Positions 27,440-37,175 of a DNA stretch of 64,000 nt are shown here, piece after piece (the first letter of the stretch is position 1; each line of letters starts with the position of its first letter). The stretch comes from Candidatus Bilamarchaeaceae archaeon (GTDB lineage Archaea; Micrarchaeota; Micrarchaeia; Anstonellales; Bilamarchaeaceae): the NCBI GenBank assembly GCA_038870635.1, contig JAVZJR010000001.1, positions 212,839-276,838 of the forward strand, given 5' to 3'. The notes beneath the pieces were generated by a model that did not search any database, had not been told where the DNA came from, and saw only the letters and a list, made by a program, of their open reading frames with translations. The position numbers and the translations under genes were made by a program.

Positions 27440-27812
27440 AATGAATAAGACCTTCTGGGTCATCTCTTTGTATTATTCTAAAGCACTGTTCAACTCTAGC
27501 TCCAATCTTTAACTTATTCTCTGGCGTGTCCACTATCTGGCCCAACACCCTCGCACCTTCATCCAATTCGATTATGGCGATAGTGTAAGGAACCTGGTCT
27601 TCAAATCCTGTCGGAGGGCTATATATCGTCGTGAAGCTGTAAATCTTGCCCTTTCCTGAGTATTGAACTTTTTTTATCTTTCCTTTTCTTCTGCATTTAG
27701 GACAAACAGAACGTGATGGGAAGAAATGCTGTCCACATGTTTCGCACGTCGTTCCCATTAAACGATACCTTTCTGGGATTCTTCTCCAAGTTAGTGGAAT
27801 ACTTTCTTTCAT
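27411..27812 (-). CDS. Zn-ribbon/OB-fold protein (DUF35 family)
   Basis: CETCG..FFPSR..CPKC, GKIYSFT, PYTIAIIELDEG, YGFKF. Confidence 0.92.
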   Translation of the reverse strand: MKESIPLTWRRIPERYRLMGTTCETCGQHFFPSRSVCPKCRRKGKIKKVQYSGKGKIYSFTTIYSPPTGFEDQVPYTIAIIELDEGARVLGQIVDTPENKLKIGARVEQCFRIIQRDDPEGLIHYGFKFRVSD

Positions 27813-27908
27813 AAAAATCACTATTACTTTGTTTGCTAATTAATTAAAATTTATTGGATAAAATAACAATACCTTTTAATTAATTAACAATAGTATAGAT
27901 ATACGCCC

Positions 27909-27980
27909 GCGGCCGTAGTCTAGCGGTTAGGATTCGGGCCTTCCAAGCCTGCGACTCGGGTTCAAATCCCGACGGCCGCA
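27909..27980 (+). tRNA. tRNA-Gly(TCC), no intron
   Basis: GCGGCCG/CGGCCGC acceptor, CGGGC-CTTCCAA-GCCTG, TCGGG-TTCAAAT-CCCGA. Confidence 0.95.
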
Positions 27981-28028
27981 TTTTTAAATAGATAATTGTT
28001 TAAAATATGTCTAATAATTTACATAACG

Positions 28029-30326
28029 ATGATAAAACAGATAACTATCAAAAATTGGCGTTCACACGAAAATACCCAATTAACATTTGGAACAGGCACA
28101 AACTTGCTCGTTGGGATAATGGGAAGCGGAAAAACGTCAGTTCTTGACGCTATAAGTTTTGCGCTTTTTGGTACATTTCCAGCTCTTGAGAGAAGACAAT
28201 TGAAGTTAGAAGACATAATAAGGTATAATACAAATGAAACGAAAGTATCCCTTATTTTTGAATGGAATGGAAGTGAATACAAAGTAGATAGAAAAATAGA
28301 AAAGAAAAATAACAGAATAACATCAAAGGCAGATATTTACCGTGATGGTTCGCTTTTAGATAGCGGTTCAACCGCAGTCACTGAAGTTATAGAAGAAGTT
28401 CTCGATATTGATTACGATCTATTTACACGAGCGATATACTCTGAACAGAACAACATAGATTATTTTCTCTCTTTAGATCCAAAAAAAAGAAAGGACGAAT
28501 TTGATAGAATACTGGGGTTAGACCGATTTGAAAAAGCACGAGCCGCAACTGTTTCTATCGCAAATAGGCTTGAAAGCGTAGTCCGCTCGCTAACAGATAG
28601 ATATGATGAGAATAAAGAAAAGGAGATAAAAGAAAACATAAGAAAAACAGCTGAAAAAGAAGAAGAATTAAGCAAGGAGATAACCACTATAAAAAAGAAA
28701 AACGATGAAATAAAAAAAGAAGTTTTAGAACTTAAGGGTGCCTTTGAATTATTAGAAAAAAATAAGAGAACAGCGGAAGTACTATCAAAAGAATTGGCGT
28801 CCCTTCAAGGGCAAGTGGTAAGTTTAGAGAAGGGATTAACTAAAATCGAAGAAAAGGTATATAGTGAAAAAAAGCGAATTGTTGAACAATTGAGGAAAAA
28901 AAGAGAATTGTTACAGCAAAAGATAAATGAAAACAAAAGAATAGAAGTTGAAATAAATAAAAAAATAGCTTTTATCGAAGCAAAAGTAAAAGAAGTTGAA
29001 CAGAGAGCAATGCGTTTAGAAAAATTAAGAAGTATGCTAAACCAACTCCTGAATGGAAAGAGTAAAGATGAAATCATAAAAAGGCTAAATGAATCAAAAA
29101 GAGAGTTGGAGGATAAAAATTCCCAACGGGCCGCACTATTACAAATCATAACGCAAACAAGAGAACTGTTAAAGCACCTCTCATCGGCTGGTAATAAATG
29201 TCCTCTTTGTGAAACTGCTCTTGGAGCTGAAGGAATAGAAAAAGTAAGAAGAAAAAAAGAAGAAGAAATAAAAAATGCTGAAAAAAAAGCGAAAGAAATC
29301 TTAGAAGTAACGATCGCACTACAAGAAGAAAATAAAAAGATCGATGAAAATTTAAGAAAAATAGAATTAATAGAACAGCAGATTAAAAGCGAGGAGCAAC
29401 AACTAATCGATAAAGAAGAGTTTGATAAAGAAAAGGAAACACTCAAAAAACAACTCGACGAAGTGCTAAAACTAACGTTTGGGTTAGAAAACGAAAGCAA
29501 AAAATTACAACAAGAGATAGAAAAAGAAGCAGTAGAAATAAACAAAATGGAAGAAATGATTAGAAGAGAGACAATGATAAATGAGATAAAGAAAAAAATT
29601 TTAGAAGTAGAAGAAAAACAAAAAAAAGTAAAATACAACGAAGAAGAATACACAAGTAAAAGAAAAGAGTTAGAGGAAAAAAGAATAGAAGAGCAAAAAC
29701 TTCAGGCTAAAATAGAATATTTAGAAAAAGAGAAAAAAATGTTAGAGGAAAATAAAAAAACATTTGAAACACAGCTCAATGATATGTTAATGATAAAAAA
29801 TAGAGCATTGGTTACAAAGGAAGTTGTAGAAGAATTAAAAATTTACAAAAACGCTCTTCTTGAAACCCAAATAGAGTTAAGAAGAGAGCTCATAGACGCG
29901 ATAAACAATGCAATGAATGAGATATGGCGTATTTTCTATCCCTATGGAAACTATAAAGCACTAAGAATCAACATAACAGAAAAAGACTACGTATTTGAAG
30001 TTCTTGAAAACAATGAATGGAAAACACTTGAAAGTACAGCAAGCGGTGGGGAAAGAGCATGCGCCGCCCTTACGATACGAGCAGCACTTGCAATGGTACT
30101 AACACCGAATCTCAGTTGGTTGATATTAGATGAACCAACACACAATCTTGATTCGCAAGCAATAGCGCTTCTGTCGGAAACCCTTCAAACAAAAATGCCA
30201 CAAGTAGTAAAACAGATTTTTGTGATAACACATGAGGAAGCATTAATAGGCGCAGACTTCTCCAGAACATATAAATTAACAAGAGATAAAGAAAGTGGCG
30301 AAGCAACAAAAGTAGAAATGATTTAG
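28029..30326 (+). CDS. rad50: Rad50/SbcC-type SMC-family ATPase
   Basis: Walker A GIMGSGKTS, zinc hook CPLC, signature ASGGE, Walker B LILDEPT, VITH; long coiled coils. Confidence 0.9.
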   Translation: MIKQITIKNWRSHENTQLTFGTGTNLLVGIMGSGKTSVLDAISFALFGTFPALERRQLKLEDIIRYNTNETKVSLIFEWNGSEYKVDRKIEKKNNRITSKADIYRDGSLLDSGSTAVTEVIEEVLDIDYDLFTRAIYSEQNNIDYFLSLDPKKRKDEFDRILGLDRFEKARAATVSIANRLESVVRSLTDRYDENKEKEIKENIRKTAEKEEELSKEITTIKKKNDEIKKEVLELKGAFELLEKNKRTAEVLSKELASLQGQVVSLEKGLTKIEEKVYSEKKRIVEQLRKKRELLQQKINENKRIEVEINKKIAFIEAKVKEVEQRAMRLEKLRSMLNQLLNGKSKDEIIKRLNESKRELEDKNSQRAALLQIITQTRELLKHLSSAGNKCPLCETALGAEGIEKVRRKKEEEIKNAEKKAKEILEVTIALQEENKKIDENLRKIELIEQQIKSEEQQLIDKEEFDKEKETLKKQLDEVLKLTFGLENESKKLQQEIEKEAVEINKMEEMIRRETMINEIKKKILEVEEKQKKVKYNEEEYTSKRKELEEKRIEEQKLQAKIEYLEKEKKMLEENKKTFETQLNDMLMIKNRALVTKEVVEELKIYKNALLETQIELRRELIDAINNAMNEIWRIFYPYGNYKALRINITEKDYVFEVLENNEWKTLESTASGGERACAALTIRAALAMVLTPNLSWLILDEPTHNLDSQAIALLSETLQTKMPQVVKQIFVITHEEALIGADFSRTYKLTRDKESGEATKVEMI

Positions 30327-30367
30327 AAACTATATAATTAAAATATTTTGATAAATAATATTATATT

Positions 30368-31174
30368 ATGGTATTAAAATTAATGAAAGAAGATGGACCA
30401 GAAAAGAAACACGCTCTTAGACAAACAATAAGAACACCTTTCTACAGCGCTCTTCTAAAACCTCTAAAAGAAGATATTGCAGAAATAACAGTATGCGCAG
30501 GGGATGGCGTATGTTGGCAGCAGCAAAAACTTGAACTTCCAATGGCTGATAAAAGATGCGTCTCGTTAATAATTGGAAGAATGAATAGGTATCTTTCAGA
30601 AGAAAAAAAGCATAACATTAATCTTATAGAAAACGAAGAACAAGTTACAACTATCGTTAACAATGCATTCGAAGAATATAGAAATCGCCTTATAAACTTA
30701 GAGAAAAAATTTTCTATTATAGAAAAAATACGAAAAGAAATAATTAATAATGCAATAAAAAAAGTGGCGCAAGAAAACCCTGATTATAAAACAGAACTTG
30801 AGGAGTACGGTAAGGAGTTAGCAGACGAAATAAAAAATCTCCACTATAAAAATAAATCAAAAATAAGTCAACAAATTAAATTAGAAACCGATCGGCTTTG
30901 GCTTATCCGGGACTTAATTTTTTCAGATAGCTATGGAATATACCCTCCAGTTTGGCTAGTAAGCATGCCAATGGAATATAGAAAGATATCAGCGCTAAGA
31001 ACCATAATTTCTATCAAAAAGGTAGATATGGGAAAAGTATTAGTCGACGCCTACTCTCTTGTCCCACCAAAAGAAAATTATAAGGGGTGGCACCTAACTG
31101 AATATAAAGATAGTATGGAGATTTTCATAGATGATGCTTTAATATTAGTACTTCATATGGGTTATAGCTGCTAA
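30368..31174 (+). CDS. Hypothetical protein
   Basis: 268-aa ORF filling the intergenic gap; no motif recognised. Confidence 0.6.
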   Translation: MVLKLMKEDGPEKKHALRQTIRTPFYSALLKPLKEDIAEITVCAGDGVCWQQQKLELPMADKRCVSLIIGRMNRYLSEEKKHNINLIENEEQVTTIVNNAFEEYRNRLINLEKKFSIIEKIRKEIINNAIKKVAQENPDYKTELEEYGKELADEIKNLHYKNKSKISQQIKLETDRLWLIRDLIFSDSYGIYPPVWLVSMPMEYRKISALRTIISIKKVDMGKVLVDAYSLVPPKENYKGWHLTEYKDSMEIFIDDALILVLHMGYSC

Positions 31175-31186
31175 AAATGCGCTAAA

Positions 31187-31930
31187 CTACTCTGTTTCTA
31201 TTCTCGGCGCGAGATAATAAACAACAGAGGCGCCTTCTACAGAATATTCTAATTTCATTGGCTTATCTGTCTCAAGGTTTATTTTAATAGGAGAACTAGA
31301 AGGCGCGGCTTTAAGCATATCTTCAAGATATTGAAGTGGGAAGGTGGCTTTTGCATTTCCTGTTGTTTTTATTTCTAATACTTCATCTCCACCAACTTCA
31401 AACTCTTCTTTTATATCTCCACTATCTCCTTTAACTTCAACTACAAAGTCATTTGAATTTATGTTTAGGCGAACATGAGAACTAACAAGCTTTGCATCTT
31501 TTAAAACCTCTTTTAATGCATCTGCTTTGAGAACAGCATAGCTTTTGAAATCAATTTTTGGCTCTCTTTGCATCTTTTCACTTGTTTCTCTTAATGGCAC
31601 CTTAAACGTCCTTTTTCTTTTAGCTGCGTAAAACTTGACAATGAGCCTACCATCTTCTACAGAAAGTTCTGCCTTTTCCCCATTTTTTCCTCTTGAAAGA
31701 ACGCTAGCTAACTGGCTTATATCTATTCCGATTCGATTCTCTTCAGTTATTGAATATTCTTCGAATGCATTTTTAGGCATAGCAAAAGAAACCATTGAAA
31801 TTTGAGAAGGGTCCATTGCCTTCAGATAAAGACCATCTTTTGTTATCTCAAATTCCCCTTCCTCTACTATACTGACAATAGCATCTACTGCAGCTTTTAA
31901 AGCTGGAGCATTACTAACAACTAGTTTCAT
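31187..31930 (-). CDS. pcn: DNA polymerase sliding clamp PCNA
   Basis: LKAMDPSQISMV, ATFPLQYL, YYLAPRIE. Confidence 0.96.
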   Translation of the reverse strand: MKLVVSNAPALKAAVDAIVSIVEEGEFEITKDGLYLKAMDPSQISMVSFAMPKNAFEEYSITEENRIGIDISQLASVLSRGKNGEKAELSVEDGRLIVKFYAAKRKRTFKVPLRETSEKMQREPKIDFKSYAVLKADALKEVLKDAKLVSSHVRLNINSNDFVVEVKGDSGDIKEEFEVGGDEVLEIKTTGNAKATFPLQYLEDMLKAAPSSSPIKINLETDKPMKLEYSVEGASVVYYLAPRIETE

Positions 31931-32001
31931 TTTCCCACCTTGAACCTAATAGAACAAAAGGGAATATAAAGCTTCTCTCCTAAATTATTTTTGGTGGGCA
32001 G

Positions 32002-32718
32002 ATGCAAAAACAAATTTTAAGAGTCTTATTGTTAGTTGCTTTATTAACACTTGCTGGTTGTTTTGAACAAACTTCAACAGAAGTTGCAAATAATACAACT
32101 ATTGAAAATAAAACTAAACCAGTACTGCAACCATCCTTTATTATTATAAATCCGGAAGAAAACGAACAAATAACTGTTGAAGGCAAAAGTGGACCAGTAA
32201 CTATAATACTCAACACTAAAAATCTTGTTTTAAGGCAGGGTGGTGAGAAGAAAATCGGAGAAGGATATTTTGTATTTATCTTAGATGATGGCGAACCAAT
32301 AAAAGTTTACGAAAAAACATATACATTTGAGAATGTACCTGTAGGTGAACACACTGTTTATGTAGAACTAGTGCACAACGATGGCACGCCATACACACCA
32401 AGAATAACACGTTCAGTTCATTTCAGTGTTGCATCTTCTATTAAGGAATATACACCAAGTACCTATACAATTATTATAAATGATTTTTCTTATGAGCCTG
32501 CATCTATAGAAGTTAACGTGGGCGATACTGTTGTGTGGGTGAATAATGGCAAATTCCCACGTTCTGCTACTTGCACTGGAGTGTTCGATACGCAAATAAT
32601 AGCACCGGGTAAGAACGCCAGCATAACTATGACACAGCCCCTTGAATGCGATTTTATGTCGCTTAATCAACCAAATATGAAAGGCCATATAAAAGTTAAT
32701 CTTGCGCCTGGAAGTTAA
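32002..32718 (+). CDS. Lipoprotein-type protein with Ig-like domain and C-terminal cupredoxin-like domain lacking Cu ligands
   Basis: LTLAGC lipobox; GEHTVYVELVHNDGTP; FSYEPASIEVNVGDTVVWVN...MKGHIKV. Confidence 0.75.
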   Translation: MQKQILRVLLLVALLTLAGCFEQTSTEVANNTTIENKTKPVLQPSFIIINPEENEQITVEGKSGPVTIILNTKNLVLRQGGEKKIGEGYFVFILDDGEPIKVYEKTYTFENVPVGEHTVYVELVHNDGTPYTPRITRSVHFSVASSIKEYTPSTYTIIINDFSYEPASIEVNVGDTVVWVNNGKFPRSATCTGVFDTQIIAPGKNASITMTQPLECDFMSLNQPNMKGHIKVNLAPGS

Positions 32719-32724
32719 TTGTTT

Positions 32725-33708
32725 ATGACAGTCGAGGAACAACGCCTCCAACGGTTTATAAACGCGCAATACCGATTGGCAGGCAAACATTCAGCAGTAC
32801 AGATATGTAGTTGGACAAAAAAAGCACTACGTGGAGAGGGTTTTTGCTATAAGCAAAAGTTCTATGGTATTGATTGTCACAGATGCAGCCAAATAAGTCC
32901 TGCTTTTATATGGTGTCAACAGAGTTGTGTCCATTGTTGGCGACCAGCCGAATGGATGAAAAAAAATGATTTTGATAAAATAGAACTCGATAAACCCGAA
33001 ACAATAATAGAAGAAATTGTTAAGCAGAGAAAAAAATTGTTAACAGGATTTGGCGGCGCAAAGAATATTAAAAAAGAATTATATGAAGAAGCATATAGCT
33101 TATTCCCATCCCATTGGGCAATATCATTATCAGGAGAGCCCACCATATACCCATACATAGATAGATTAATAAAAGCTTTAAAGAAGCACAAAGAAGTCCG
33201 AAGTATTTTTTTGGTTACTAACGGTCAAGAACCAAATATTTTAAGAAAACTTATAAAGAACAAAAGTCTTCCTACCCAACTCTACATATCGCTCACTGCA
33301 TGGAATGAGAAAAGCTTCAAAAAACTAAATAAATCTACATATGAAAACGGTTGGAAAAGGCTTCTATCTTCACTAAAAATGCTAAAAAAGATGAAATGTA
33401 GGACGGTAATAAGATTAACTCTAATAAAAGGCATAAATGATAGTAAAGAAGCAAAAGAAAATTTCGCGAGATTATTTGAAATGGCGCAGCCAACCTTTAT
33501 AGAAATAAAAGCATATATGTTTTTAGGCGAATCTAGAAAACGTTTAAAAAAAGAAAATATGCCTTCTCACGAAGATGTTAAAAAATACGCAAATGATATA
33601 CTTGCTCTCCTCCACTCGTATAGGTATGAGGATGAAGACGAAAAATCAAGGATAGTTCTTCTTAAAAACAAAAAGACGAAAATAAAAAATTATATTCAAA
33701 GAGAGTAA
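32725..33708 (+). CDS. taw1: 4-demethylwyosine synthase (radical SAM, Taw1/TYW1)
   Basis: HSAVQICSWTK, CYKQKFYGI, CQQSCVHCWR, AISLSGEPT, FLVTNG, IEIKAYM. Confidence 0.95.
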   Translation: MTVEEQRLQRFINAQYRLAGKHSAVQICSWTKKALRGEGFCYKQKFYGIDCHRCSQISPAFIWCQQSCVHCWRPAEWMKKNDFDKIELDKPETIIEEIVKQRKKLLTGFGGAKNIKKELYEEAYSLFPSHWAISLSGEPTIYPYIDRLIKALKKHKEVRSIFLVTNGQEPNILRKLIKNKSLPTQLYISLTAWNEKSFKKLNKSTYENGWKRLLSSLKMLKKMKCRTVIRLTLIKGINDSKEAKENFARLFEMAQPTFIEIKAYMFLGESRKRLKKENMPSHEDVKKYANDILALLHSYRYEDEDEKSRIVLLKNKKTKIKNYIQRE

Positions 33709-35111
33709 GCGTACATCTCCATTAATTTAGCATACTTCAGCATTCTCTCTTTTATATCTTCTCTTTTGTTTTGTGCGTATTCTATGGCAGCCACTTTAAG
33801 ACGAACATTTGCGCGATAGCATTTGTAGTAGTTTAGAAGTTTATAAAGATCGTGATCTTTTGTGATATTGACATAGGTATCAACAAAAATTTTTGAAAGA
33901 TCTTCTCTACCAAAAGAATCTAAATCCATAGCCATAAACGCAATCTCACTTGCAACATCAACAAACCGAAAATCTTTGTTAAACTCTATACAATCAAATA
34001 TGTATATCTTATTCGCTAGGATAATATTTGCAGAATGAAGATCACCATGACAATCGCGTATAAAGCCTTCTCTTTGTCTTTTTCTAAACAGCTCTTTGTT
34101 CTTTTCGTTAAATAAAGCGCATTTCTTAAGAGAAAAATCAACTATCCGACCCTTACCAATCGCTGATTCTATCACTTCACGATGATTTGAAAGGTCATTG
34201 ATCTGCTGTTGAATAAGTTCAGGATTACCGTAATGCTTATCCTTTATTACCTTAATCCGTTTATGAAAATCGGCTACGATTGAGGAAATTTCTTTTATAA
34301 TTTTTTTGCTTACTTTCCTCTTCTCTAGTAGCTTATCCATTTGCCTTTCCATTGGAAGTTTTCGCATCTTTACTGCATACTCATCAGCGTCACTTGTTCC
34401 AAAAAGATAGCCGCCAAAATGCTTTTCTGCCTTAACAACTTTTAGATAGACATCTGGACAAAGACGTTTGTTAAGGCGCACCTCTTCCTTGCAAAAAAAC
34501 TTTCGCTTTTTTAAAGTTGAAAAGTCAAGAAAACTAAATTTAACTGGTTTTTTTATTTTATAGACAAAATCACCACAAAAATAAACCCTAGATATATGTG
34601 TATCTAAATAAAATTGACTAAATTTTCTTGAATAATGAAGAACATCGTTAATTTGTTTTTTAATAGGTTTAGAACAATCAACAATGAGATGTCTTTCTTT
34701 TATTGGTTCAAATTCACGTTTCACTTTTTTATATATTTCAAAATCAGCCTCGCTTTCATCAGCCTTACGGTTGAATAATCTCTTTCTTACTTCTTTTTCA
34801 GAGAGAGTACACTCAATCAAAATAACAGAAGTTCTATTTTTTTCTCCAAGTGTTTTTACCTTTTCACGCAAAGATTTAAGATAAAATGTCCCATCTAAGA
34901 TTACGTTCTTTTCTTTTTTTAGTTGATTTTCTGCTTTCTCTAACATCTTGTCGTATACAAAGAATTTTTCCTTTTGAGAATATGTTCTTCTTTTAAGGAA
35001 TTCCAGCCGTACACTATCAGTGCTTATATGAACGCATTTAAGCTTTGTTGCAAGCGCTCGTGCAAGAGTACTTTTACCAGTCCCTGGTAGCCCGCATAAA
35101 ACAAAAATCAT
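33696..35111 (-). CDS. Fused P-loop kinase (AAA_33-like) and aminoglycoside-phosphotransferase-like kinase
   Basis: N-terminal GLPGTGKS, ILDGTF; C-terminal THIS, YKIKKPV, EVRLN, CHGDLHSANI, FDCIEFN. Confidence 0.88.
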   Translation of the reverse strand: MIFVLCGLPGTGKSTLARALATKLKCVHISTDSVRLEFLKRRTYSQKEKFFVYDKMLEKAENQLKKEKNVILDGTFYLKSLREKVKTLGEKNRTSVILIECTLSEKEVRKRLFNRKADESEADFEIYKKVKREFEPIKERHLIVDCSKPIKKQINDVLHYSRKFSQFYLDTHISRVYFCGDFVYKIKKPVKFSFLDFSTLKKRKFFCKEEVRLNKRLCPDVYLKVVKAEKHFGGYLFGTSDADEYAVKMRKLPMERQMDKLLEKRKVSKKIIKEISSIVADFHKRIKVIKDKHYGNPELIQQQINDLSNHREVIESAIGKGRIVDFSLKKCALFNEKNKELFRKRQREGFIRDCHGDLHSANIILANKIYIFDCIEFNKDFRFVDVASEIAFMAMDLDSFGREDLSKIFVDTYVNITKDHDLYKLLNYYKCYRANVRLKVAAIEYAQNKREDIKERMLKYAKLMEMYAYSL

Positions 35112-35221
35112 AAGAAAAAAAGCACAAATATAAATTTAATACTTATGAGTAGTGCAGTGATTAAAAGGAATGAAATGGGATGAGCGTACAGGAGATATAG
35201 ATATGCTTAGAAAACATAAGA

Positions 35222-35345
35222 TGGGCCCGCCCGGAATCGAACCGGGAATCTCTACTGCTCTCAACCTATTCGCAGCTTTGCGCTGCTAAATGTGTGAGAG
35301 TAGCGTCTTAGCCATTATCGAGTAAAACTTTTCGACTACGGGCCC
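35222..35345 (-). tRNA. tRNA-Val(CAC) with two introns: 15/16 (35315-35330, 16 nt) and 37/38 (35258-35292, 35 nt)
   Basis: Minus strand GGGCCCG/CGGGCCC acceptor, CTACT/AGTAG anticodon stem with CT-CAC-A, CCCGG-TTCGATT-CCGGG; intron helices GTCG/CGAT and CTCA/TGAG with 3-nt bulges. Confidence 0.9.
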
Positions 35346-35346
35346 A

Positions 35347-35910
35347 TCAACTTCTTTTAGATATAAATGGTGGTTTAACAAATAAATACTGTTTCTCTTT
35401 TCCCTCAAGTTCGCTGATTATTCGATTAACAAAAATTAAAACAGGATCAGAAAGAGTTGGAACTCTTGATTTTATATCAGCGAAACTTTCAAATGGCTTT
35501 TCTTCTCGTTGCCTGAGAAGAGCTTCCATATTTTTCTTACCTATACCAGGTAAAAAATCAAGTGTATGGACTCTAATCGAAATCGGCTTTGCATTATTTA
35601 TAAAATTAACAAAGAACTTTTCTCTACTCTCGACAATTTTCTTTAGAGTAGCAGGCAAAAACTCCTTTGCGCTATTAGTAAGCTGGTCATAGCTAATCCT
35701 TCCTTTTATATGATCTATCTCTTTTCTATTTTCTTTACCAACATAAACTCTTTGGCCAAGAACAATTGATGCATCTGGCTTTACTGTTGCCTCGAGTAAT
35801 GTAAAATAATTCTCACCTACAAGTTGAACAATGGGCTCTTTTTTTATTTGTGTGGCATGGCCCATCGGGAGGTACTCAATAACCCAGGCATAATCCTCCA
35901 CATCATTCAC
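35347..35910 (-). CDS. DUF655 family putative RNA-binding protein
   Basis: EDYAWVIEYLP, FTLLE, FFVNFIN, LPGIGKK, PFESF; conserved position after rpl21e-rpoF. Confidence 0.9.
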   Translation of the reverse strand: MNDVEDYAWVIEYLPMGHATQIKKEPIVQLVGENYFTLLEATVKPDASIVLGQRVYVGKENRKEIDHIKGRISYDQLTNSAKEFLPATLKKIVESREKFFVNFINNAKPISIRVHTLDFLPGIGKKNMEALLRQREEKPFESFADIKSRVPTLSDPVLIFVNRIISELEGKEKQYLFVKPPFISKRS

Positions 35911-36227
35911 CCCAATAATTTTAGAATTTCATTTATTTCATCATCGTTAAGCTCGATTTTATCCTTCAAAAGTATTGCTTTTAAAGTAGATGCTTTTTTT
36001 GGTTGGACATCTATTATTTTTATTGCAGTTTCACGCAACAGCTTCTTGTTTTTTTCAAGTAGTGTGTCTACTAATTCTTGTGCTTTTTTGGGTGTAAGTT
36101 TTGATATTTTATCAGCATGCTCCAACGCCATGGCTTGCTCGTAATTCAATTCGCCTTCTTTTTTACGTTCTTCCAATATTTTTTTTACCTCTGCTACAGA
36201 TATTGGTTGAGACTCTAAAATATCCAA
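35907..36227 (-). CDS. rpoF: RNA polymerase subunit Rpo4 (F)
   Basis: ISVAEVKKIL, ELNYEQ..ALEH, AIKIIDVQP; synteny. Confidence 0.9.
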   Translation of the reverse strand: MDILESQPISVAEVKKILEERKKEGELNYEQAMALEHADKISKLTPKKAQELVDTLLEKNKKLLRETAIKIIDVQPKKASTLKAILLKDKIELNDDEINEILKLLG

Positions 36228-36231
36228 AAAA

Positions 36232-36510
36232 TCACCCTGCTTTCTTTAAATGTAGTGAATTAGTAATAATCTTTTTCTCTTTACTTCCATCCATTATAGC
36301 CACTACATAAGAACGGCCTCTTTTTTCAATAATAGTTCCATGCATGCCGCGGTATCTTCTCGGAATTCTTCCATCTTGGATATGAGAAGTTTCAAGAATT
36401 ACTTTATCACCAACATTAAATGTTTTCAATGCAGCAGAAACAGTAACTTTCTGCTTCTTCTTCATTTGTTTTGTAGACTTGCTGAGACTGCCTCTTGAGC
36501 GTTTTACCAT
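36232..36510 (-). CDS. rpl21e: 50S ribosomal protein eL21
   Basis: MVKRSRG, FNVGDKV, GRIPRRYRGMHG, GRSYVV, HLK. Confidence 0.93.
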   Translation of the reverse strand: MVKRSRGSLSKSTKQMKKKQKVTVSAALKTFNVGDKVILETSHIQDGRIPRRYRGMHGTIIEKRGRSYVVAIMDGSKEKKIITNSLHLKKAG

Positions 36511-36611
36511 TATAATCACTCTCCCTATACAGGGTAAAATACAATAGAAAGCCTTTAAAAAGAGTTTACATAAAACTTACTTTATTTATAAACTTTTCTA
36601 TAGGTGATAAA

Positions 36612-37169
36612 ATGTCTAAAGAAAAAAAACCAGAATTTATAATAACCAACATGGTCGCATCTGCTTCATTAGGACTTGAATTAGACTTATTCCAACTAGC
36701 AGTTAAGATAAAAGGTATAGAGTATGAACCAGAACAATTCCCTGGTGCAATACTAAAGTTTGAAGACCCAAAAGCTTCACTTCTGCTTTTCAAAAACGGA
36801 AAAATAGTTTGCGTTGGATGTAAAAGAAGAGATATGATAGAAAAAACTGTTGAGAAGGTTAGAAAACTTCTTTTACCGCATGCCCAAAAAATAATATCAA
36901 ACAAAAAACCACAAATAGAAATAACAAACATAGTGGCGGCAGCAGAGTTGGGCTTAAATCTTGACCTTTATAAAATAGCTTATAAATTAGATAACATTGA
37001 ATACGAACCAGAACAATTCCCTGGTGCAATACTAAAATTCAAAAATCCTAAAGTTTCTCTTCTGCTTTTCAAAAACGGAAAAGTAATATGTGCTGGCGCT
37101 AAAAACGAGGATGAAATAAGAAAAGTACTTAAAATGGCAAAATCAATGTTAGTAAAATATGCAGAGTGA
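36612..37169 (+). CDS. tbp: TATA-box binding protein
   Basis: Two repeats each with N.VA, EYEPEQFPGAILK, LLFKNGK..C.G; GGTGA RBS. Confidence 0.97.
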   Translation: MSKEKKPEFIITNMVASASLGLELDLFQLAVKIKGIEYEPEQFPGAILKFEDPKASLLLFKNGKIVCVGCKRRDMIEKTVEKVRKLLLPHAQKIISNKKPQIEITNIVAAAELGLNLDLYKIAYKLDNIEYEPEQFPGAILKFKNPKVSLLLFKNGKVICAGAKNEDEIRKVLKMAKSMLVKYAE

Positions 37170-37175
37170 ATTTAG

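Noticed and set aside
28805..29653. 282-aa minus-strand ORF and similar Ser/Phe/Leu-rich antisense ORFs (e.g. 3284-3697, 9396-9704, 36566-36931)
   Set aside because: Shadows of Lys/Glu-rich genes on the opposite strand
28029..30326. Rad50-like ATPase as the motor of the membrane array or as a defence system
   Set aside because: Canonical Rad50 motifs with zinc hook, 5 kb away among housekeeping genes; absence of an adjacent mre11 alone is not remarkable
35112..35221. Possible box C/D sRNA in the purine-rich gap (GTGATTA...ATGA...GGATGA)
   Set aside because: No proper RTGATGA/CTGA pair or terminal stem
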